A stretch of 28,107 bases of DNA from an uncultured Candidatus Saccharibacteria bacterium (GCA_964595295.1 CAZQPT010000005.1:1-28107), one strand, 5' to 3'. Numbered from the stretch's first letter, positions 1 to 6,859 are shown. Made by a program: numbers and translations. The notes: generated by a model not told the origin, from the sequence alone.

Positions 1-41
1 AGAAAACAGGCTATCGGTCCAGAGTTTAACACCTGTAATAG

Positions 42-70
42 TTGTTTATAGTACCAATATAAGCTAAAAT
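42..70 (+). promoter_or_regulatory. Candidate sigma70 promoter for tRNA-Gln
   Basis: TTGTTT (42-47), 17 bp spacer, TAAAAT (65-70), 22 bp upstream of the tRNA. Confidence 0.4.
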
Positions 71-77
71 CAATCTG

Positions 78-1607
78 TTAACGACGCGTTAATGGGGCGT
101 GGCCAAGTGGTAAGGCACCAGTTTTTGGTACTGGCATTCGGGGGTTCGAATCCCTCCGCCCCAGCCAATTTCCATTTTCGTTACATTCGGCTATTTTATT
201 GAACGGAAAACGTAATGTTGACCGAAGTAATTTACCACTAAGCTCTAAGTTCGAATGTATGAGTTTTAGCAAAGCTCGTTTTTTATCAATTCCGCCTTTT
301 TCGAATAGTTTGGGCGCATGTTTTGAGAGTTTTAACAGATGAGCTATGGTGCTTAAATTATCTTTCGCCATAAGTTCGATTTTATTTCTACGCTTGGTTA
401 AAGTTTCGATTTTGCTGGCATATTCTTGGCGCTTTTTCTCGTAAAATTCGGGGCTTATGTTGCCGTCTACTTTGTCGTCATACATGTTTTCAATTCTAAG
501 CTCGTACTTTTTGATCTCGGCGTTTAGTGTAGCCAGCCTATCGGCATGTTTACTACTGTCTTGTTTTTTGAGTGCTTTGACCTTCTGGCTGACTTCAATA
601 TAGGCCTGTTCGGGAATGGCAATTTTTCGTATGGTTTCTTTGAGTTGTTTGGTGAGGGCTTTTTCATTCACATACGACGCACCATGCTTGCCGCCAGTCT
701 GTGTGCAATGGCCATAGATGTACTTGCCGTCTTTCTTTTGTTCAAAGGTTATGCGGCGTCCACAGTCGGCGCAGGTGATCAGGCCTCGATAAGGGTACGG
801 CAGACCGGCATAAATAGCTGGTTTGACATTATAGCCCTCTCGCACCGCTTCAACTTTGGCAAATAGCTTTTCACTAATAATGCGCTCGTACTTGTGCGGA
901 TAGAGCTTGCCCTCAACGCACATCTCGCCTTTGTAAAAGGTGTTGGTTAGAATGCGGTAAATCTGGGCAGTGGCTAACTTCACACCGAACTCGCTTTTTA
1001 GATGTTTGCGGATTAGCTTCATGGAACTGACGCCGGTGGCATAATGCTTGTAAATCGCTTCGACTACTTGAGCTTCAAACTTATCTATTTCGATCCACTT
1101 TTTGCCGTCCACTTGTGTGACATTTTTATAGCCATATGGTGCTTCACCAGTCCATAGGCCGTCTCGACGCATTTGCTCAAACCGACGCCTGACGTTATCG
1201 CTAACGATTCTAGAGTAGTGTTCAGCGGTTGTTTCACCGATACCAAGCATAAACCACTCGTTGGCCGAACTTCTAGCGTTTAATTTTAGGTGGTCAGAAA
1301 TGAAATGTATCTCTATTTTGCCAGCATGACAGAGCTTTCGTAGTGCTCGTGTTTCGTCGGCGCTGCTATCTCTAGAAAAGCGGTCAATTTTGTCAAAGAC
1401 TACGGCAACTATATCTAGCTCTGCCTGAATACGGGTAATGATCTCGGCGAATTGTTTACGACCCTCTTTGAAAGCACTTTCTTGGAACTGGCATAGCAGA
1501 GAGCTGGTAAACTCTTTGTCGGCATAGTCTTGCAGCCGGTAGATTTGCGCTGGCAGGGCGTCCTTTTGGTCGTCGGTGGAAACTCTGGCTATGAGATATG
1601 CTTTCAT
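78..1607 (-). CDS. Large serine recombinase (resolvase catalytic domain, recombinase domain, zinc ribbon, coiled coil)
   Basis: Catalytic ARVSTDDQ, DKIDRFSR, GEAPYGY, CADCG...HC zinc ribbon, coiled coil. Start moved from GTG 1622 to ATG 1607 because AGAGGG sits just upstream and MKAYLIARVS is a typical N-terminus. The C-terminal WLGRRDSNPRMPVPKTGALPLGHAP is the antisense tRNA. Confidence 0.93.
   Translation of the reverse strand: MKAYLIARVSTDDQKDALPAQIYRLQDYADKEFTSSLLCQFQESAFKEGRKQFAEIITRIQAELDIVAVVFDKIDRFSRDSSADETRALRKLCHAGKIEIHFISDHLKLNARSSANEWFMLGIGETTAEHYSRIVSDNVRRRFEQMRRDGLWTGEAPYGYKNVTQVDGKKWIEIDKFEAQVVEAIYKHYATGVSSMKLIRKHLKSEFGVKLATAQIYRILTNTFYKGEMCVEGKLYPHKYERIISEKLFAKVEAVREGYNVKPAIYAGLPYPYRGLITCADCGRRITFEQKKDGKYIYGHCTQTGGKHGASYVNEKALTKQLKETIRKIAIPEQAYIEVSQKVKALKKQDSSKHADRLATLNAEIKKYELRIENMYDDKVDGNISPEFYEKKRQEYASKIETLTKRRNKIELMAKDNLSTIAHLLKLSKHAPKLFEKGGIDKKRALLKLIHSNLELSGKLLRSTLRFPFNKIAECNENGNWLGRRDSNPRMPVPKTGALPLGHAPLTRR
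93..167 (+). tRNA. tRNA-Gln (anticodon TTG), CCA encoded
   Basis: Acceptor stem TGGGGCG (93-99)/CGCCCCA (157-163); D arm GCCAAGTGGTAAGGC; anticodon arm CCAGT-TTTTGGT-ACTGG; T arm GGGG-TTCGAAT-CCC; ends GCCA at 164-167; 75 nt. Confidence 0.97.
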
Positions 1608-1646
1608 GTACCCTCTGCCCACCAGTTAGTTATGTTTATTATACCG

Positions 1647-1742
1647 TTAATCATCGTCATCTAGGCCTACTTCGTTGGCAATTTCTTGCAGTATCTGGAA
1701 ATACGCCAACCACGCGTCTAATTCGTCGGCTGGCATACCCAT
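1647..1742 (-). CDS. Unannotated 31-aa acidic ORF MGMPADELDAWLAYFQILQEIANEVGLDDDD
   Basis: Translated by hand. ATG 2 nt after the Rep stop, AGGTG SD-like motif upstream, TAA at 1647-1649. It fills the Rep-recombinase gap. Below the ORF-track length cutoff. Confidence 0.5.
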   Translation of the reverse strand: MGMPADELDAWLAYFQILQEIANEVGLDDDD

Positions 1743-1744
1743 TG

Positions 1745-2587
1745 CTACACCTGTTGCTGCTCTCTGGTTTGTTTGATGTTTTCTACCTGCTCACGAGTAA
1801 AGATGAGGGTTTTGCCCCACTCGTTGCGCCGTTCCCAGACAGGACTAAGGAACGTATACCAGTCGTCAGGGTTATATTCTTTGACTGGTCGGTTTAGCCC
1901 CGTTGATACCCAGTAACGTTTACGGCCACGAAATAGTGGCATTTCTTTGATTAGGTATTTTGTGAGGTAATTGGTGAGCTTTTGACGGTCTTGCGGCGTA
2001 TCTGTAATTTTGTAGACTTCATCGTATCCGAGCGTGTAGCTTGGTAGGTCGTAAACTAGGCGACCCTTCTTTCTAAGGTGTTTGTTGGTTTTTGGATTTA
2101 TTGCTGGCATAACTTTGCCTTTGTAGCCCTTGAATAGGGCGTGAAAGTGGAGTGCGCCGTCACCTTGTAGTTCAGCGACTATGACGTACTCAAAGCTGCC
2201 TTTACGCTTTTTCTCGTTATCGAACCACGTTTCCATTTGTTTGCGGCATTTTTCAATGTCATCTCGGTGCTTTGCAAATGTAAAGGTGACGTATAGCTCA
2301 AAGGTGTTGCAATGAATATAGCCAGTGAGCTGTTTTTTAGCCCGTCTGCGTGATCGCTCTATCGTGGTCTCACTACTTTCGTTTTGTTTAGCCTGCTTTT
2401 TGAGTTTTTTAATTTTCTTGGCTTCACCAATTAGTTCCATGCCAGTTAGCTTTTTATCTTTGGGGTAGTCGGGTACGTAGACTTTGACGTTGAAGTCGTC
2501 GTAGGTGGCTATAGCATGGATTCGATTAGTAGCGTCAACGTGATGTGTCTTGCCTAAAACTTGCCATAACTTGGTCAGGTTATTCAT
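1745..2587 (-). CDS. HUH rolling-circle replication initiator (Rep), two-tyrosine type
   Basis: Motif I YVTFTF, motif II HFHAL (HUH), motif III YLTKYLIK with two Tyr, C-terminal RKRYWVS; AGAGGG upstream of ATG. Confidence 0.82.
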   Translation of the reverse strand: MNNLTKLWQVLGKTHHVDATNRIHAIATYDDFNVKVYVPDYPKDKKLTGMELIGEAKKIKKLKKQAKQNESSETTIERSRRRAKKQLTGYIHCNTFELYVTFTFAKHRDDIEKCRKQMETWFDNEKKRKGSFEYVIVAELQGDGALHFHALFKGYKGKVMPAINPKTNKHLRKKGRLVYDLPSYTLGYDEVYKITDTPQDRQKLTNYLTKYLIKEMPLFRGRKRYWVSTGLNRPVKEYNPDDWYTFLSPVWERRNEWGKTLIFTREQVENIKQTREQQQV

Positions 2588-2605
2588 GACAATGACCCTC
2601 TATGT

Positions 2606-2677
2606 GTCCCGTTAATCAAGTTAAACGGGACTGCGGGCATACGCCCGCGCGGGTGCAGCGAGATTCGCTTAGCACCC
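2606..2677. other. Three back-to-back GC-rich hairpins upstream of rep (candidate replication origin or control structure)
   Basis: GTCCCGTT/AACGGGAC (2606-2631); GCGGGC/GCCCGC (2633-2648); GGGTGC-AGCGA/TCGCT-GCACCC (2651-2677). The hairpins are seen; the function is inferred. Confidence 0.55.
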
Positions 2678-2760
2678 ACGAGTTGCGGATTTCGGTTATT
2701 CCTTAATCCTAAATGCATTTTAAGTTCACTCAATTTCAATTCCCCCTTTCTTTTGGCAGT

Positions 2761-2785
2761 AAAAAACCACCTCATGTTTGGGTGG
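2761..2785 (-). terminator. Intrinsic terminator upstream of rep
   Basis: On the minus strand, a CCACC/GGTGG stem with a 9-nt loop is followed by six T. Confidence 0.65.
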
Positions 2786-2811
2786 CTTCATGCACGAAAA
2801 GAGGTTTCGTC

Positions 2812-2838
2812 TTAGATCATTAGTACGAGTTTGATCAT
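2812..2838 (-). CDS. Candidate 8-aa leader peptide MIKLVLMI
   Basis: Strong SD AAAGGAG (2850-2844), 5-nt spacer, ATG 2838, TAA 2814-2812. Too short to confirm from sequence. Confidence 0.3.
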   Translation of the reverse strand: MIKLVLMI

Positions 2839-3006
2839 TGGCGCTCCTTTGGTTCCATTAAAAAACAGACACCCAAACAGTTTAGTTTGTAGTGTCCGTC
2901 ACGTAGCGGCGCTCTTTTCTCTCCCGTCAGTTGCCTTATCGTACAACTGCTAATAGGTGACGCTCTTTCGTTTCTGGCATTAGTTTTGCATGCCGGACTG
3001 TAGCAT

Positions 3007-3035
3007 ATTGTACGACACCATGCTTATGGTTGCAA
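3007..3035 (-). promoter_or_regulatory. Leftward sigma70 promoter with a palindromic operator in its spacer
   Basis: TTGCAA-17 bp-TACAAT on the minus strand. The spacer contains ACCAT-GCTT-ATGGT (3017-3030). Confidence 0.55.
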
Positions 3036-3078
3036 GCAAAATCTGTGGTGAGGTGTAAGTCTATTGTGTTTGCCCTAC

Positions 3079-3148
3079 AATCCCCGCAGCAGCGGAATTG
3101 TAACACACGCCTAGCGGCGCGTGTTGTTGGGCTGTTTAAGCGGGGATT
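3079..3148. repeat. Long imperfect inverted repeat / nested hairpin
   Basis: AATCCCCGC (3079-3087)/GCGGGGATT (3140-3148) enclosing AACACACGCC-TAGC-GGCGCGTGTT (3102-3125). Confidence 0.6.
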
Positions 3149-3176
3149 TATAACGTCAGAACAGATGAAGGTCTAC

Positions 3177-3205
3177 TTGCATAATTTGCGAAAATGCTGT
3201 ATCAT
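3177..3205 (+). promoter_or_regulatory. Candidate sigma70 promoter for the sugar-enzyme cluster
   Basis: TTGCAT-17 bp-TATCAT, followed by SD TAAGGAG and ATG 3226. Confidence 0.55.
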
Positions 3206-3225
3206 ATTAAGATTAAGGAGTTAGT

Positions 3226-3774
3226 ATGCCCCCACTGAGAGAAACGCCTATTGTTGTAGATCGCCGCTTAGACGGTGAAACTTTGCATGAGTTGAGAGAT
3301 GTAGGGCATGGCCACCGAGTTAACGTTGTTGACGCAAGTTACGATATTCCTCGTGGAGCAAGGGTCGTAAAGTTCCCCGGTACTTCGGCTCAGGCACTTG
3401 AAGCCGTAGTGCGCATTATTCCTATTGAGGGTGAAAATAATGAATTGGGCTGTTCGCCTATTGTAGTTATGGACGCAGACGCTGAGCTTGAGAGCCAGTT
3501 TACTGACGACGGAACTATCAACTATGAGCATATAGCAAAACGGGCTGCGGCTACATTCTTTAAGGTTGGCACACAACTTAATGAACTAGAGATCGGCACA
3601 GAGGTTGACTGGCAAGACTTGCAATACCGATACCGCCAAGATAGCAGCGAGGGAGAGGGTTTCTATAGCATGGCAAATGGCTCACCTGAGACATCATTGT
3701 TTATTCGCACAATTGATGAGCTGCCTTTTGCGTGCGCCAGCGTAGTTGTTGGTCATTCTCAGCGTACAGCGTAG
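3226..3774 (+). CDS. RbsD/FucU-family protein (pyranase/mutarotase-like), divergent
   Basis: GHGHRVNVVDASY resembles the family GHGD-x5-DA motif; FYSMA...FIRTIDELPF resembles FY...IRTGE; SD AAGGAG. Confidence 0.65.
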   Translation: MPPLRETPIVVDRRLDGETLHELRDVGHGHRVNVVDASYDIPRGARVVKFPGTSAQALEAVVRIIPIEGENNELGCSPIVVMDADAELESQFTDDGTINYEHIAKRAAATFFKVGTQLNELEIGTEVDWQDLQYRYRQDSSEGEGFYSMANGSPETSLFIRTIDELPFACASVVVGHSQRTA

Positions 3775-3786
3775 TATACTCAAAAC

Positions 3787-4218
3787 ATGAAGTTCGCAGT
3801 TGCAGGAGACCATTACACCGTAGACCTAATGGAGACAGTGGTTAAATTCTTGAAACCAAAGAATATCGCTATACAGAATCTTGGCACTACCGACCCCAAT
3901 ACAAAGATCAGTCTACAAGAAATAATTCCAGCAGTTGCTAGTAAAGTGCAGTCGGGTGAAGTAGATTTCGGTATTCTTGCCTGTGGTACTGGTGTCGGGG
4001 TCGAGATCGGGGCTAATCGTTTTAAGGGTGTCAGGGCTTCACTTTGTAGGGACGCAGAGCAAGCAAAGAACGCACGTGTTTATGATGACGCAAATGTTTT
4101 ATGTCTAGGCTCGTGGTATAAAGATGATTTTAAGCAAATACTTAGCGCTTGGCTGGACAATAATTTCGACGGTAACGAAAAACGCATAAAAATGCTGAAG
4201 GATTTTGATAATTTATGA
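3787..4218 (+). CDS. RpiB/LacA/LacB-family sugar isomerase with an atypical active site
   Basis: GDH, LGT, GILACGTGVG, ANRFKGVRA, DANVLCLG. Several canonical RpiB residues are substituted, so no gene symbol is given. Confidence 0.88.
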   Translation: MKFAVAGDHYTVDLMETVVKFLKPKNIAIQNLGTTDPNTKISLQEIIPAVASKVQSGEVDFGILACGTGVGVEIGANRFKGVRASLCRDAEQAKNARVYDDANVLCLGSWYKDDFKQILSAWLDNNFDGNEKRIKMLKDFDNL

Positions 4219-4844
4219 GCGAAATTATAGATATATCCCTACCGATTAGCACCAACATGCCCATATATCCTGGCACTGGAGAAACTAAAATTACGCCTGT
4301 TATAAGTGCCAGTGGGAGTTCTGTACTATCAGAAATATCTATGACTTCACATGCTGGTACGCATATTGACGCCCCGAATCATGCACTCGATAGTGATCAG
4401 GGCATTGATAGCCTAGACCTTGAACTATTTTTTGGTAAGTGCCGCGTACTAGATTTAACCAAGTGCGAAATAGCAATTACCCAAGCTGATTTAGAAGCCT
4501 ACGCCGTTCAAGCAAACGAACGTTTGTTGTTTAAGACCAGCAATTCCGCACGTGGCTTTGAAACATTTTATGACGACTATATTTACCTAGACGGCCAAGC
4601 TGCACGATACTTAGGCAAGATTGGCGTTAAGCTCGTAGGTATAGATAGCCTATCTATCAAGCAACGGGGGTCAAAGGACAATACTGCCCATACAGCTTTG
4701 CTATCAAATGGCATACCAATTATTGAGGGGTTGAATCTGGCTCATGTTGAAGCAGGAGAATATACGCTTTGCGCACTACCACTGGCGTTTCAGGGTATTG
4801 ACGGTTCGCCAACTAGAGCCGTACTAATGCCAGTATCAGGTTGA
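4215..4844 (+). CDS. Cyclase-family metal-dependent hydrolase (kynurenine formamidase-like)
   Basis: HAGTHIDAPNH (HxGTHxDxPxH), GIDSLS, H...LL...IIEGL, DGSPTRAV; ATGA overlap with the upstream gene. Confidence 0.9.
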   Translation: MSEIIDISLPISTNMPIYPGTGETKITPVISASGSSVLSEISMTSHAGTHIDAPNHALDSDQGIDSLDLELFFGKCRVLDLTKCEIAITQADLEAYAVQANERLLFKTSNSARGFETFYDDYIYLDGQAARYLGKIGVKLVGIDSLSIKQRGSKDNTAHTALLSNGIPIIEGLNLAHVEAGEYTLCALPLAFQGIDGSPTRAVLMPVSG

Positions 4845-4870
4845 CAAAACAGAGGTGTGTGCGCTAAAAT
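4841..4870 (+). promoter_or_regulatory. Near-consensus promoter firing antisense into the NYN gene 3' end
   Basis: TTGACA (4841-4846), 18 bp, TAAAAT (4865-4870); no plus-strand ORF follows. Confidence 0.55.
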
Positions 4871-4876
4871 AACAAG

Positions 4877-4933
4877 TATCACCATGACCAGGCAGGCCTA
4901 AGGTTTCGACCGACCGCTACTCCTGGTCTTTTT
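4877..4933 (+). ncRNA. Candidate ~57-nt structured RNA antisense to the NYN gene end
   Basis: Outer stem GACCAGG (4886-4892)/CCTGGTC (4922-4928) plus TTTTT; inner GGT-TTCG-ACC tetraloop hairpin; upstream promoter. The start is estimated. Confidence 0.4.
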
Positions 4934-5440
4934 AGTTGGCGTATATTCTAGTTTTAGCCTTAACTGGTTGATCCTGACGATATCTTTGGTAAACCGACGC
5001 AATAACTTCGAGAAGTGATCATTTGGCACCATGACATGCAGCAGTTTGTCTTTTTCTTTCAGGTACTCGACCAAGCAGTGAAAATCACCGTCACCAGTAA
5101 CAATAATCGCTTGATCGTAGTTGTCGATAACCTTTGCGGCAGCATATAGCACTAACTCAGCGTCTACATTACCTTTAACCACTGTTTTGCCGTTCACTTT
5201 GTATTCTGTTGTGGGCTTAAATATGAGGTGATAGCCCATGTTTTGTAGCCTGTCATACAGTGATTCTTGTCCGGCCATTTGCCCGATAAACAAATAGGCC
5301 TTTTCTACGCCATACTTATTTTTGAGATACAGGCGAAACTTACGAAAATCCAGTGTCCAACCAGCACTTTTAACACCTAGGTTTAGGTTTTGGCTGTCAA
5401 TAAACGCATAGACAGTCTGGGGCTTATTTTTGTCACTCAT
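4898..5440 (-). CDS. NYN-domain (LabA/DUF88, PIN-like) putative ribonuclease
   Basis: FIDSQNL, KGNVDAEL and VTGDGDF acidic motifs. Confidence 0.9.
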   Translation of the reverse strand: MSDKNKPQTVYAFIDSQNLNLGVKSAGWTLDFRKFRLYLKNKYGVEKAYLFIGQMAGQESLYDRLQNMGYHLIFKPTTEYKVNGKTVVKGNVDAELVLYAAAKVIDNYDQAIIVTGDGDFHCLVEYLKEKDKLLHVMVPNDHFSKLLRRFTKDIVRINQLRLKLEYTPTKKTRSSGRSKP

Positions 5441-5526
5441 CTGCGCTCTATTATCTCACTGACGTTATCTTTAGGCCAGTCCGATCTGCACTATGCAACT
5501 ACCGTAAATAATGATAGCTTTAGTCT

Positions 5527-5805
5527 ATGGCTATAGATCACGAACAAGGACAAACACCCGAAGTTATCATAGGCGGCACATACGATCATTTCGAGGGTAC
5601 AAGCTACCGAGTGGACGCAGTTGTTACTCGTGCCGAAGATTACGAGCGAACACACCAGCTATCAGAGGACGTTATATACACCCAGCTAAATGACGGTGAA
5701 GTTAATCCAGCTGGCACTCAATATACTCGCTCAAAGACTCAATTCCTTTTCGGCACTGTCGAGGTCGAGGGCAACGAAGTTCCAATCTTCACTTTGCGAG
5801 CTTAG
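5527..5805 (+). CDS. DUF1653-like small protein
   Basis: GGTYDHFEGTSYRV...VIYTQL...YTRSKTQF...VEGNEVPIF matches the family pattern YxHFKGxxYxV...VVY...W.RP..MF...VPRF as recalled. Confidence 0.6.
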   Translation: MAIDHEQGQTPEVIIGGTYDHFEGTSYRVDAVVTRAEDYERTHQLSEDVIYTQLNDGEVNPAGTQYTRSKTQFLFGTVEVEGNEVPIFTLRA

Positions 5806-5831
5806 TTCAAAGTTGCGAAGCTCATCTACTA

Positions 5832-5842
5832 GCCCCAGCCAA
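5832..5842 (+). repeat. tRNA-Gln 3'-end copy GCCCCAGCCAA (att-like)
   Basis: Identical to 158-168; directly followed by a strong hairpin. Confidence 0.65.
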
Positions 5843-5885
5843 AGTAAAAGCACCATGTCCGTAAGGATTTGGTGCTTTTACTTTG
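5840..5885. terminator. Perfect 16-bp inverted repeat (terminator-like)
   Basis: CAAAGTAAAAGCACCA/TGGTGCTTTTACTTTG with an internal TCC-GTAA-GGA loop. Confidence 0.75.
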
Positions 5886-5904
5886 CATGAGTGGGTTAAC
5901 AGAA

Positions 5905-5994
5905 GGTTCGGTGGAGCGAGGACGCGCGCAGGAATGTATTCCGAGCACGCCGCAGTGGAAAAGCACGGAGTGCGCTACCCCTAATCCCCAGTCA
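5905..5994 (+). repeat. Miniature element A inside T-arm-like sequence, ending in a degenerate tRNA 3' end
   Basis: GGTTCG-GTGGAGCGAGGACGCGCGCAGGAATGTATTCCGAGCACGCCGCAG...GCGCT-ACCCCT. The following CCCTAATCCCCAGTCA (5979-5994) matches tRNA 152-167 at 12/16. Confidence 0.7.
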
Positions 5995-6044
5995 TTACGA
6001 ACTACATCTGTAGAACTTAGCCAGACTAAGTGAGAGTTAGAACC

Positions 6045-6070
6045 AAAGACTTCCTAGGAAGTCTTTTTTA
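6045..6070. terminator. Perfect palindrome plus T-tract
   Basis: AAAGACTTCCTAGGAAGTCTTT (6045-6066) followed by further T. Confidence 0.7.
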
Positions 6071-6086
6071 TTGCTACAATTAACAA

Positions 6087-6779
6087 ATGAGAAGACAGCA
6101 AGAGATCTGGCTGAAAGAGCATACGGATAAGGGCACCCTACCAACAATGGCAAACATAGAGCCAGCAAGCGGTGTCATCCTATTTAGCGATTGGCTCGTT
6201 AAAAATGGCACTCTCTTTTCTGGAAAAGCAGTTGATATCGGTTGCGGCAAGGGACGCAACAGTGTTTATTTGGCAACATTAGGGTTTGAAGTATGGGCGC
6301 TTGAGTATATTGAACCAGCTATTGAAGCCTCAAAGGAGCTTGCATGTAGCAGAAAGGTGACTAATGAGATCCATTTTGAGCTTACTGAAATAGATAAGCC
6401 TTGGAAAATTGAAGACAACTTTTTTGATGTAGCAGTTGACTCTTTTTCAAGTATCGATATCGAGACAAAGCAAGGTCGTGAAATTTGCAGAGATGAGATG
6501 CTAAGAACTCTTAAGCCCGGGGGATACGCTCTCGTTACCGCATGTTCCGCGGAGGATGAATGGGAAAAAGAACTAATTGCAAATCATCCAGGCTCAGAAC
6601 CGAACAGTACTGTTTGGCCACAGAATGGTAAATTTCAAAAAGACTATACAGAGTCAGAGCTGCGCAAATTCTACAGTGTATTTGAAGTAGTTGAGCTTAA
6701 GTCCATCAACAAACCAGCATTTAAGCTAGGTCGAGGCGGAACTGCTACCAATTTGTGGATGGTTTTGCGAAAGAAATAA
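6087..6779 (+). CDS. Class I SAM-dependent methyltransferase (TehB-like motif I)
   Basis: VDIGCGKGRNSVYLA, FDVAVD and LKPGG motifs. Confidence 0.9.
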   Translation: MRRQQEIWLKEHTDKGTLPTMANIEPASGVILFSDWLVKNGTLFSGKAVDIGCGKGRNSVYLATLGFEVWALEYIEPAIEASKELACSRKVTNEIHFELTEIDKPWKIEDNFFDVAVDSFSSIDIETKQGREICRDEMLRTLKPGGYALVTACSAEDEWEKELIANHPGSEPNSTVWPQNGKFQKDYTESELRKFYSVFEVVELKSINKPAFKLGRGGTATNLWMVLRKK

Positions 6780-6807
6780 GTTCTAACCTGGTACATTATA
6801 CTCAGCC

Positions 6808-6845
6808 ATACAAAAAAGACCTGCTTTATGTAGGTCTTTTTGTAT
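6808..6845. terminator. Bidirectional terminator hairpin
   Basis: ATACAAAAAAGACCT...AGGTCTTTTTGTAT, preceded by CTCAGCCA. Confidence 0.75.
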
Positions 6846-6859
6846 TGATTGAACAGAAC

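Noticed and set aside
1-77. Possible 3' end of an upstream gene
   Set aside because: Two frames are open for only 16-21 codons, too short to call.
546-866. 106-aa plus-strand ORF, and 1598-1897
   Set aside because: Antisense shadows of the recombinase and rep with no recognisable motifs.
2584-2775. 63-aa ORF overlapping the rep start by ATGA
   Set aside because: Its ATG lies inside a terminator loop, it has no SD and it runs across GC-rich hairpins. It is more likely non-coding, though not excluded.
3030-3224. 64-aa ORF before the RbsD/FucU-like gene
   Set aside because: TTG start without SD; it crosses an inverted repeat and a promoter.
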